DNA of 64,000 nt from assembly GCA_947487385.1 (NCBI GenBank), contig CANKWU010000004.1:26061-90060 (forward strand), in the 5' to 3' direction. The stretch is from Spartobacteria bacterium (lineage in GTDB: Bacteria; Verrucomicrobiota; Verrucomicrobiia; Chthoniobacterales; UBA6821). The stretch's first letter is position 1, and the number at the start of each line of letters is the position of its first letter. Positions 18,352-26,584 of the stretch are shown in pieces. Both the position numbers and the translations under genes were made by a program. Below the pieces are notes generated by a model, which was not told the origin of the DNA, searched no databases, and saw only the letters and a program-made list of their open reading frames with translations.

Positions 18352-18963
18352 CTACTCACCCAGCTCGACGTTCCAGTAGGCAAGGTCGATAAAGTGACTC
18401 CAACTGTCATCGACACCGCCTGAGAAAGTAATGTTCACGAAGGGGCGCCACTTAGGCCTCTTTGGTTTTTTCAGAAGCTGCATCCGCGCCTCATGAGGCA
18501 GTCTGTTTCCTTTACGGGTATTACAAGTAATGCAGGAGCAGACGACATTCTCCCATGTCGTCTGTCCTCCTCGATCGCGAGGCAGTACGTGATCAATGTT
18601 CAGATTGCTGCGGTCGAAGAGATTCCCGCAGTACTGGCAGGTATTCTTGTCACGCTCGAAGACGTTGAGTCGTGTGAACTTCACTTCTTTCTTAGGTAGT
18701 CGGTCGAAGAGGCAGAGAACGATGATGCGGGGCACACGGATCTTGAGCGAGATCGTCTGCAGCATCCGGGGCTCAGGATTGGAGATTGAAAAATCTCTCC
18801 AGCTCAGAAAGTCATGAGCATAAAAATTCTTTTCCCCATCGGTGGCCACAACCTGGGCATGCCCTTGATAAAGAAGGGTTAGGGCGCGGCGTGCGGAGCA
18901 GGTATTGATGGCCTGCCACAATCTGTTGAGTACAAGCACTGGTTGATCGAGCAGGGTATCCAT
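18352..18963 (-). CDS. HNH endonuclease
   Basis: CQYCG...NIDHVLPRDRGGQTTWENVVCSCITCNTRKGN is an HNH/zinc-finger core, preceded by an N-terminal ~100 aa domain of unknown role. Confidence 0.85.
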   Translation of the reverse strand: MDTLLDQPVLVLNRLWQAINTCSARRALTLLYQGHAQVVATDGEKNFYAHDFLSWRDFSISNPEPRMLQTISLKIRVPRIIVLCLFDRLPKKEVKFTRLNVFERDKNTCQYCGNLFDRSNLNIDHVLPRDRGGQTTWENVVCSCITCNTRKGNRLPHEARMQLLKKPKRPKWRPFVNITFSGGVDDSWSHFIDLAYWNVELGE

Positions 18964-19143
18964 GATCTTGTGATTGGTTTTTCCAGAGCATGTAAGTCGC
19001 TTCTCCTTTCTGTCAATGCCTCAACTGCGACAATTTCGTGATCTAATGAAAAAAAGGGCTCCGAGTGCTCATGTTCGGGAGAAAAGGGAAGTTTGCTCTT
19101 CCCGAGTTAAACAGGTAAATTACTAACTCCGTTGTCTACCGCT

Positions 19144-22100
19144 ATGAATCGACTCTTTTTCTGTCTCCTTCTCCTCATCGGTGGAGTGGGGGCATTATTG
19201 GCAGCGGATCCCTCCGAACAGTTTCTAAATGCCTATCAGGCTTATCAGCAGGGAGAAAAACTAGAACGTGATGGTAATGCTTCCGAGGCGTTAAAAAAGT
19301 ATAGATTTGCTAATAGTCTCCTGCTCGAAGTCGAGAAGAATTATCCTTCCTGGCAGAAGGCTGTTGTGGAATACCGTTTCAAGAAGACACAACAAGCCCT
19401 TGAGCGCCTTCAGGGAGAGGGCAGCCCGACTGATGCTTCGATTAATCTGATTAACCAGTCCCCGGGGAATCCAGAGGAGATCCCACCGGAAGCCAAAGGA
19501 GCGGAAGCCAAAGCAGCGGAAGCCACGGGGGTAGCACCTAGCATTTCGATTGTTCCACCCAGAGGTAATTCATCAAATAGAGAGGCACGCTCGGCTTCAG
19601 GGGATTCATCAGCTGAAGTCCGTCGTCTCAAGCGCCTGCTCGAGACACTTCGTGGGGAACTCAACGAGGCCAAGGTGGCCATGTCTTCGGAAAAAAACCG
19701 GGTCAAGGACCTTGATAATATCAAGTGGGTCGAGGAGCGTTCCAAGCTGGAGAAGGAACTGCTGGTAACGAAGGATCAGGTTGGCTCTCTCAATGAGAAG
19801 CTGCAAATGCGTGATTCCTGGGAAAATGACCTGAAGTCGCTTCAAAAGAAATTGGACGACACTGTCGCCGACAAGGCGGCCTTTGAAGAGGAGTGCCAGA
19901 ACAGGGAAAAAAAGAAGGATGAGGCAAACTTACTGCTGGCGAAACAGCTCGATGAGGCACGCTTGAAAACCTCCCTCAGGTCCGAGGCCGAGCAAAAGTT
20001 ACAACAACTCAGCTCCGAACTGAACAAAGCGAAGCAGGAAGTTGCTGGAATGAAAGAACAGTTTAACCACGCCGCCCAAGTCACTAGGGACTACGAGACT
20101 AAGAACGAGGATCTCAAGAAGCAGGTGGAAGCCACCAACGTGAAGTTAAATGCAGCAGTCAAGCAGGCGGAAGAACTTGCTCCATTGCGTGATAATCTTC
20201 AAAAGCTCCAAGTTTACTCCGCCAAAATCGAAACTGATGCCAGAGATTCCAAGCAAAAAGTATCAGCTCTCGAGAATGAATCCCTGAAAGTTAAGTCAGA
20301 TTCCACGATGAGGGAAGCTGCTTTGAGGGCTGATTTGCAGGCCCTCGAGGAAGAAAGAAATTCAATCTCCGCTCAAGTTACCAAATTAAAGGAGGCTGCC
20401 CTAGATGCAGCTAGGGTTAAGGGCCTGGAGCCTGAAGTTGAATCGTTGAAAAAAACGGTGCTGGAACTCCGGGAGAAAACGGATCTTGCCGGTCAGAAAA
20501 TCGAGAAGCTTCGTGCGGATGCCGATGCTTCAGCAAAAGCAGCAAAGGCTTCAGAAGAGAAGCTCTCGGCGATCACCGCTTCCAATGAAGCTGACAAAGT
20601 TGTTCTGGAAGAAGAGCGGCAGCGTCTCAACACTAAGCTCGCGGATGCCATGAAGAAGAGTGAGGATCTGGGAAAAGTGGCCGATACAACAGGACCCCTT
20701 TCCAAGGAAATCGAGGCTCTCAAGGAGCGCCTTGATCAGAATAGCAAGGCCTCGGATGCGGCCAAAGCAAAGTACGACCAAGCTGTGCAGGCTGCCAACA
20801 ATCACCAATCAGAGCTTCAGAAAAAACTTGATGATTCGCTCTCCCTCAAGCAGTTGGTTGAAAAACAGAATTCCTCGCTTCAGGATCAACTCAAGGCTGC
20901 CATGGAGAAGATGTCTGCGATTGTCGACCATAGTAATGATCAGAACGTGCTGCGGGACCAACTCAAGAAACTGCAGCAGCAGATCGACTCCGGAACCGCA
21001 GAATACGCCAAATCGCAACAACAAATCGATGAGCTGAAGAAGATTCATCCCGAACAGGAAAAGATGGTCCAGAAGAAAGAACAGGAGTTGGGCGATGCAA
21101 AGAAAGATGCCGAAAAACTCCGCGCTGAACTCGCTCAAGCCAACCAGAAAAACATCGAGCTCCAGCACCATGCAAACGAGGGGGATGATCGGCTGAAAAA
21201 ACTACAGGATCAGCTTGCCTCTCTTTCAAAGACAATCCCAGAGAAGGATAAGGAGCTATCAGATGCCAAGGCCGAGGTGGGAAAACTTCAATCTGATTTT
21301 GCCGACGTAAAAACAAAGCTTTTCTCCCTTCAGAAAAAAAGCGGTTCCGGCAACGAGCAGCTCAACGCTCTTAAGGAGCGCCTCGAAGAGAAGGAAGCGC
21401 AACTTGCCCGCTACAAGAAAAAGCGTAGCAAGTCGGGAGGTGACGGCAATCTCATGGAGGAAAACGACCTTCTGCGTGGGATTATTGTCAGAGAGGTCAA
21501 GGAGGAGGCCAGACGAGCCCAGGCGCGACGACTGCTGGAGGATGAAATGAAGCGTTTGAATGTGCATTCCCAGTTACTGAGCGACCAGGTCGTCGTGCTT
21601 TCCTCTCCATCTGCGGAATTAACCCCGCAGGAGCGCTTACTCTTCAAGGAAGGACAACTTACGGTGGCTGACTCAGGCAATGGCAAAATTCAGGAATCCA
21701 TCTCCGCCAAGAAGACTAACGAATCAGGCGCGGCTGTCGTGATGACCAACCAGCCTTCTAGCCCATCCTCGAACCAGTCTGTCGATGGTATGGTTGGCAA
21801 AGGTGAAGTCCCGTCGCCGGATGTCAGTTCATCTCAGGCGACAAATGATATATCTACCAACACGCCTACAAATACAGTCATGCAGGAGATTCCCTGGGAA
21901 GGAAAACTAAAAGAGTGTCTTGCCAAGGCTAAGGATGAGTTTGACAGGCAGGATTACCTCCAGTCTGAAAACACCTTCCAGGAAGCATTGAAAATTTCTC
22001 CTGATGATTATTTTGCCCTTTCAAATATCGGAGTTGTGGAGTTCCAACTCGGCAAGATGACCGAGGCCGAGGATTTTTTGAAGCGAGCCGCTGCCAAGGC

Positions 22101-22452
22101 AGGTAACAGCTCATTCGCGCTAACCACCCTGGGTATCGTTCATTACCGTCAGCAGCGCCTTGATGATGCTGAAAAGGTCCTTAAGCAGGCGACCACGATC
22201 AATCCCCAGGACTTCACCGCGCACAATTACCTCGGAATCGTCCTTGCTGCCTCAGGTAAAGGGAAGGCTGGAGAAAAGGAGATCATGACGGCGATTGAGA
22301 TCAATCCGCAGTACGCCGATGCTCATTTCAACCTTGCTGTCATATATGCAACCGGCAAACCTCCCGCCAAAATGATGGCCAAGAAGCATTATGCTAAGGC
22401 GATCGAGCTCGGTGCCCCCCCCGACCCCTCTCTGGAACGGCTTGTCCAGTAG
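19144..22452 (+). CDS. Exported giant coiled-coil protein with C-terminal TPR repeats
   Basis: Signal peptide MNRLFFCLLLLIGGVGALLAA. About 600 residues are heptad-like and K/E/Q/L-rich. An S/T/P-rich linker follows, then TPR repeats (..AHNYLGIVLAASGKGKAGEKEIMTAIEINPQYADAHFNLAVIY..). An alternative TTG start lies at 19132. Confidence 0.8.
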   Translation: MNRLFFCLLLLIGGVGALLAADPSEQFLNAYQAYQQGEKLERDGNASEALKKYRFANSLLLEVEKNYPSWQKAVVEYRFKKTQQALERLQGEGSPTDASINLINQSPGNPEEIPPEAKGAEAKAAEATGVAPSISIVPPRGNSSNREARSASGDSSAEVRRLKRLLETLRGELNEAKVAMSSEKNRVKDLDNIKWVEERSKLEKELLVTKDQVGSLNEKLQMRDSWENDLKSLQKKLDDTVADKAAFEEECQNREKKKDEANLLLAKQLDEARLKTSLRSEAEQKLQQLSSELNKAKQEVAGMKEQFNHAAQVTRDYETKNEDLKKQVEATNVKLNAAVKQAEELAPLRDNLQKLQVYSAKIETDARDSKQKVSALENESLKVKSDSTMREAALRADLQALEEERNSISAQVTKLKEAALDAARVKGLEPEVESLKKTVLELREKTDLAGQKIEKLRADADASAKAAKASEEKLSAITASNEADKVVLEEERQRLNTKLADAMKKSEDLGKVADTTGPLSKEIEALKERLDQNSKASDAAKAKYDQAVQAANNHQSELQKKLDDSLSLKQLVEKQNSSLQDQLKAAMEKMSAIVDHSNDQNVLRDQLKKLQQQIDSGTAEYAKSQQQIDELKKIHPEQEKMVQKKEQELGDAKKDAEKLRAELAQANQKNIELQHHANEGDDRLKKLQDQLASLSKTIPEKDKELSDAKAEVGKLQSDFADVKTKLFSLQKKSGSGNEQLNALKERLEEKEAQLARYKKKRSKSGGDGNLMEENDLLRGIIVREVKEEARRAQARRLLEDEMKRLNVHSQLLSDQVVVLSSPSAELTPQERLLFKEGQLTVADSGNGKIQESISAKKTNESGAAVVMTNQPSSPSSNQSVDGMVGKGEVPSPDVSSSQATNDISTNTPTNTVMQEIPWEGKLKECLAKAKDEFDRQDYLQSENTFQEALKISPDDYFALSNIGVVEFQLGKMTEAEDFLKRAAAKAGNSSFALTTLGIVHYRQQRLDDAEKVLKQATTINPQDFTAHNYLGIVLAASGKGKAGEKEIMTAIEINPQYADAHFNLAVIYATGKPPAKMMAKKHYAKAIELGAPPDPSLERLVQ

Positions 22453-22700
22453 GTCTTGATCAACGAGCTTTGGATTATTCTAAAGCCTTCAATCAAGGAG
22501 AGAAATTGTCGCGCTGAGAAGCATGGATGCAGATGGTAAACACAAAAGGATTGGGATCAGAGTGCCGTGCCACCATTGATGATCCCGATCCAGAGGATTA
22601 TTCTTATCATGAAATCATTCTGTCCCATGACTCCTGCGTGCCTGTAATCTCCTAAAGATCCGTTTCTCAAGTCTAAAAACCTCAGCGTCTCAGCGGTTCC

Positions 22701-23978
22701 CTAGAGTGCTTCGCTGATAATCCGATGGATGGCGGTGAGATCGATGAAGCCGTGCAGTTTTTCGGAACCCGGTCCGACTCCTAAGGAGAGAACATCTCCC
22801 GCCGTTCCCACCGAGGATGGGAGTCTGAAGGCGGGTGGTTGAGTCATAATTCCTACAGATGATCCGTTTGTTTTGCCAGCGCGGTATTCCGTGGTGACTT
22901 TCTCTGAAGCAAAGCCTGGCCCTGTGGACCAGCAGATGGAGGGATATCCATCGTTATTCAGTACCAGGATCGAAATGCCCTTGTCCCGAAGAAACGGATA
23001 GCCGTTCAGTGTCATTCCACCGATATTTTCGCGACCGGTGACAATCACAAGAGCCTTGTCACCAGCATAGCGTCGCGCCGTGGCGACAGCGCGGTCGAAT
23101 GAAAGCATGCGCCCGAACATCGACTCCGCGTCGTTGGATGAGGACGCGGCTCCGATCATCGGGTCGTCGACGATCAGGAGGTATCCCTTGCCATTAGACT
23201 GAAGATTTCGGATCGCGATACGGACAAGGTCGGAGAGGGAAGGGGACTCGGGATTTCCATCTCCTAATCCACTGTGAGAGAGTGTCGTAAGCGGAAGGAC
23301 CCCCAGCGTAGGGGTTTTTTTCCAGAAGGGTTGGTTTTCCAGTTCCGCAACCGATCGGATGATGCTTAAAGTTCCGGATCCGTAGGGCTTGGCGTTGGTT
23401 TCATTAGTTCCCTTCCGGGAACCATGCGTCCCCATGGCGGCAATTAACTCATCACTCCCCCCTCCCACGACAAAGTCGAAGGGCCGATGTGCTGTAAATT
23501 GTGTCAGGAGCATCGTTGTGTCTTTGGCATTGAGCGTTTTGGAATAATAAGCGGCGACGCTCGGTCCCGTGAGTGTTCCGGTGCTAAGCAATCCGGTGGC
23601 ACGGCCCCGGGTGGCTGCTTCTTCCAGCAGGCTGGGAAGTGATGCTCCTGTTGCATCCATGCAAAGAACACCCCTATTGACCCTCGTACCAGATGCGATC
23701 GCGGTGGAGGCGGATGCTGAATCAGGAACGGAATAGTCGTTTGCTGCATTGCGGGCTATCGCCGTGTTGGGAAAAGTCTCCAGATGAAGTCTGGCGTCAC
23801 CCCCACCGGAGAATAGTCTGACGGCTGCAAGATTCGATGGGGAGATGTTGTCGGCAATAAAGAGGATGACGGCAAAAGGTTTGCGATTCGTCGTCGTCTG
23901 GAAAAGGGCGGCTCCGATGGAGAGGAAAAAAATCAGGCAAACCAGTGCGATCAGCCTGTTACGAAGTTTTATGCTCAT
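22701..23978 (-). CDS. Membrane-anchored alkaline-phosphatase-family protein, probably non-catalytic
   Basis: N-terminal TM helix. The PDSASASTA motif aligns with PhoA TDSAASATA. By-eye alignment shows most Zn/Mg ligand positions substituted (see finding). Confidence 0.65.
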   Translation of the reverse strand: MSIKLRNRLIALVCLIFFLSIGAALFQTTTNRKPFAVILFIADNISPSNLAAVRLFSGGGDARLHLETFPNTAIARNAANDYSVPDSASASTAIASGTRVNRGVLCMDATGASLPSLLEEAATRGRATGLLSTGTLTGPSVAAYYSKTLNAKDTTMLLTQFTAHRPFDFVVGGGSDELIAAMGTHGSRKGTNETNAKPYGSGTLSIIRSVAELENQPFWKKTPTLGVLPLTTLSHSGLGDGNPESPSLSDLVRIAIRNLQSNGKGYLLIVDDPMIGAASSSNDAESMFGRMLSFDRAVATARRYAGDKALVIVTGRENIGGMTLNGYPFLRDKGISILVLNNDGYPSICWSTGPGFASEKVTTEYRAGKTNGSSVGIMTQPPAFRLPSSVGTAGDVLSLGVGPGSEKLHGFIDLTAIHRIISEAL

Positions 23979-24114
23979 GATGTCTTCCTACGAATGAACT
24001 AGAGAGGAAGCCTGATGAGAAGGCTATTTGGCATTCTCCTATCATCTCAGTGATACCTAACGCGGGATTCTCGTTGCCGAGCGAACTCTTCGGAGATTAA
24101 ATGAACCTGTCTAT

Positions 24115-24185
24115 TGCCCTGTGGTGTAACGGTAACACAGTGCCCTTTGGAGGCATTATTCATGGTTCGAATCCATGCGGGGCAG
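24115..24185 (+). tRNA. tRNA-Gln (anticodon UUG)
   Basis: Cloverleaf folded by hand. Acceptor TGCCCTG/CGGGGCA, D stem GTGT/ACAC, anticodon stem GTGCC/GGCAT with loop CTTTGGA, and T arm CATGG-TTCGAAT-CCATG. 71 nt, no encoded CCA. Confidence 0.9.
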
Positions 24186-24253
24186 TACCTCGTGAGAAGG
24201 AACTTGAGAACTTTGTGTCAAAAGTCTCGTTCGGTACAAAATCCAACCGGTAA

Positions 24254-24291
24254 TAAAAAAAGCCGGACCGAAAAATCGGCCCGGCTTTTTA
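24254..24291. terminator. Bidirectional intrinsic terminator
   Basis: An A-run, the stem AGCCGGACCG/CGGCCCGGCT (9/10 paired, 6-nt loop) and then a T-run. It sits between the convergent tRNA-Gln and small lipoprotein genes. Confidence 0.8.
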
Positions 24292-24339
24292 AATGAGATT
24301 GGATCATCCGGAAACCGGACAACCTCCCCCCTGCTACAA

Positions 24340-24453
24340 TTACTTGCTCTTGCCGACAGTGGCGGGAGCAGGTGCCTGCTTCTGCGCACAGGCGCCGAGT
24401 GTGAGAGTAGCTGCCGCGAGAGCGACGACTGCTGCGATCTTGGTGATGGTCAT
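24340..24453 (-). CDS. Small (37-aa) putative lipoprotein
   Basis: MTITKIAAVVALAAATLTLGAC.. is a signal peptide with a lipobox. AAGGAGG lies 11 nt upstream of ATG 24453, and the terminator follows directly. The longer 60-aa ORF version is not preferred. Confidence 0.6.
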   Translation of the reverse strand: MTITKIAAVVALAAATLTLGACAQKQAPAPATVGKSK

Positions 24454-24567
24454 GATAAATTTCGCCTCCTTTCTAAGCTGGTTGCTAAACCATGATTTTA
24501 CGGACTTGTCCCGATCCGACAAAGCAAATTTCCTATGAATTCTTTCCTTGCATTACCCCAGTCGTAA

Positions 24568-25050
24568 TTAGGGCTTGATCTGGACGTCTGTTCCGATGGC
24601 GACCCGGTCGAATAAGTCGATCATTTCATGGTTCTTCATCCGGATACAACCATGGCTTGCAGGTGTCCCGATCAGGTCTTCCTGGTTGGTGCCGTGGATG
24701 TAGATATAGCGTTCCTTGGTGTTCCTGTTCTCATTGTCCACTCCCTCCAGCCAGAGGATACGGGTTAGCACATGATCATCATCTCCGCCGGGCGGCACAA
24801 TGACGCCTGTTGGGACACGCCCTTTGAAAGCCATCCAGACAGGAACGTTGTCGCCGATCTTTTCGCAGATTCGGAAACCTCCGGTGGGTGTGCGGAAGCT
24901 CCCCTCATCGCTTCCCAGGCCAAAGCGCGAACTGGAAATGGAATAGGATGCTGTCAGATGCTCACCGTTGAGGAGCTTGAGAGTCTGATGATTGATCTCA
25001 ATAACGATTGATTGAAGCGGATCGCTCTCCTTGAGTGAGGTTGGTATCAT
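24568..25050 (-). CDS. L,D-transpeptidase (YkuD domain)
   Basis: IHGTNQEDLIGTPASHGCIRM is the catalytic His/Cys motif. Confidence 0.9.
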   Translation of the reverse strand: MIPTSLKESDPLQSIVIEINHQTLKLLNGEHLTASYSISSSRFGLGSDEGSFRTPTGGFRICEKIGDNVPVWMAFKGRVPTGVIVPPGGDDDHVLTRILWLEGVDNENRNTKERYIYIHGTNQEDLIGTPASHGCIRMKNHEMIDLFDRVAIGTDVQIKP

Positions 25051-25111
25051 GGATTCCCTTTTCTGGATGCTTGCAGAGAGAGCCTGCTAAAGGCAATTTT
25101 TACCACACATC

Positions 25112-26137
25112 ATGAGCACGAAAGACCAAGGTAATAATTCCCCTTCTCCCAAACACATCGCCATCGTCGGGGCCACCGGTGCCGTTGGCATTGAGATGAT
25201 GAGGGTTTTGGAGAGGCGTAATTATCCCGTCGCCTCCCTGCGTCTCCTTGCATCCCCCCGTTCTGCCGGAAAGATTCTGGAGTTCCGGGATCAAAAAATC
25301 GTGGTGGAACCGCTCACCGAAAAGAGTTTCGAGGAAATCGATATCGCGCTCTTCAGTGCAGGTGGCGGGATCTCCAAGGAGTTCGCGCCTCATGCCGTGA
25401 AGGCCGGTGCCATCATCATTGATAATTCCTCTGCTTTCCGGATGGATTCCGAGGTCCCCTTGGTCGTTCCGGAAATTAATGCCGCCGATGCCGCATCTCA
25501 CTCCGGGATTTTGGCTAATCCTAACTGCACCACGGCGATCACGCTGATGGCGGTATATCCCCTGCATCAGGCCTTCGGACTGAAAAGGATTATTGCCTCG
25601 AGCTATCAGGCCGTATCCGGTACTGGAGCCCGTGCCATCGAAGAACTGCGCGATCAGGTCGAGGCGATCGCTGCAGGGAAGACCATTCCCAAGGAGGTCT
25701 ATCCCCACCAGATTGCCTTCAATGTTCTCCCTCATGTCGATTCCTTCCTTGAAGACGGATACACGCGCGAAGAGATGAAGATGCAGAACGAGGGCCGCAG
25801 GATCATGCATCTCCCTGACTTCACTGCTTCGGTGACCTGTGTCCGGGTTCCTGTCTATCGCGCCCATTCCGTGGCGGTGACCGCGGAATTCGAGAAAGCT
25901 GTCTCTCTTGAGAAGGCGAGGGAAGTTCTCATGGCTGCGCCGGGTCTCATTTTGCATGACGATCCCTCCAAGGCGATCTACCCAATGCCGATCGAATGCA
26001 GCGGGGAAGATGACTGCCGCGTGGGAAGGCTTCGTCTTGATTGCGCCCTGCCGAATGCGCTGACATTCTGGGTGAGTGGCGATCAGCTCTTGAAGGGGGC
26101 GGCCCTTAATGCCGTCCAGATCGCCGAGTTGCTCTAG
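25112..26137 (+). CDS. asd: Aspartate-semialdehyde dehydrogenase
   Basis: IAIVGATGAVG (NAD(P) binding) and the ANPNCTT active-site Cys. 341 aa. Confidence 0.95.
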   Translation: MSTKDQGNNSPSPKHIAIVGATGAVGIEMMRVLERRNYPVASLRLLASPRSAGKILEFRDQKIVVEPLTEKSFEEIDIALFSAGGGISKEFAPHAVKAGAIIIDNSSAFRMDSEVPLVVPEINAADAASHSGILANPNCTTAITLMAVYPLHQAFGLKRIIASSYQAVSGTGARAIEELRDQVEAIAAGKTIPKEVYPHQIAFNVLPHVDSFLEDGYTREEMKMQNEGRRIMHLPDFTASVTCVRVPVYRAHSVAVTAEFEKAVSLEKAREVLMAAPGLILHDDPSKAIYPMPIECSGEDDCRVGRLRLDCALPNALTFWVSGDQLLKGAALNAVQIAELL

Positions 26138-26179
26138 GGAACCGAGTTGCCAGAACCATTACCTAAATAGTATCAAGCC

Positions 26180-26584
26180 ATGCCGACCTACGAATACGAA
26201 TGCTGCAAGTGTAAAAAGAGCTTTGAGGCCTTCCAGTCAATGAAGGATGATGCCTATAAATCTTGTCCCAAGGACAAGTGCCGCATGAAGACGTGGGGCA
26301 AGGGGAAGGTAAAGCGACTGATCGGCGCGGGGGCGGGGTTGATTTTCAAGGGATCAGGATTCTACATCACGGATTATCGAAGCGAGGGATATAAGAGCGC
26401 AGCGAAAAGTGATTCAAAAAGTGAATCAACGACTGCAAAGCCATCGGAAAGCTCTTCAGGATCATCCCAGAGCGATAAGAAACATAAAGCGGACATGTCA
26501 ACGCCCACGCCCAAGACTGAACCAAAAAAAACCTCCTCACCTGACTCCCGCAAGGAGAGAACGTCCTCCCCCAAGAAATCATGA
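26180..26584 (+). CDS. FmdB-family zinc-ribbon protein with Ser/Lys-rich disordered tail
   Basis: MPTYEYECCKC...SCPKDKC (CxxC...CxxxC) followed by the family GSGFYITDY motif. Confidence 0.85.
   Translation: MPTYEYECCKCKKSFEAFQSMKDDAYKSCPKDKCRMKTWGKGKVKRLIGAGAGLIFKGSGFYITDYRSEGYKSAAKSDSKSESTTAKPSESSSGSSQSDKKHKADMSTPTPKTEPKKTSSPDSRKERTSSPKKS

Noticed and set aside
22415-22422. C8 homopolymer inside the coiled-coil/TPR gene as a phase-variation switch (also a T8/A8 run in dnaE at 50455-50462)
   Set aside because: The C8 run lies about 10 codons from the stop, so slippage would barely change the protein. The dnaE run is in an essential gene. The tracts are short and there is no evidence of variation from a single sequence.
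22548-22591. 12-bp stem (GGATTGGGATCA / TGATCCCGATCC, 20-nt loop) downstream of the coiled-coil gene as a terminator or sRNA
   Set aside because: There is no U-tract and the loop is large. I could find no promoter or conserved motif, so it is left unannotated.
24005-24050. CUGAUGA box (24012-24018) suggesting a hammerhead ribozyme upstream of tRNA-Gln
   Set aside because: No matching GAAA box, no stem II/III pairing and no cleavage-site context could be built. This is a chance heptamer.
24115-25060. Integrated element at the tRNA-Gln 3' end
   Set aside because: There is no integrase and no duplicated tRNA 3' segment (att-like repeat) downstream. The neighbours are a small lipoprotein gene and an L,D-transpeptidase.
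25100-25957. 285-aa minus-strand ORF, with similar long antisense ORFs at 44378-45343, 13279-14046, 33660-34427, 17143-17886 and 5348-6211
   Set aside because: Each lies opposite a gene with clear family motifs (asd, the 662-aa exported protein, the LOG-family gene, nrnA/truB, carA, acnA). None has a recognisable domain or start context.
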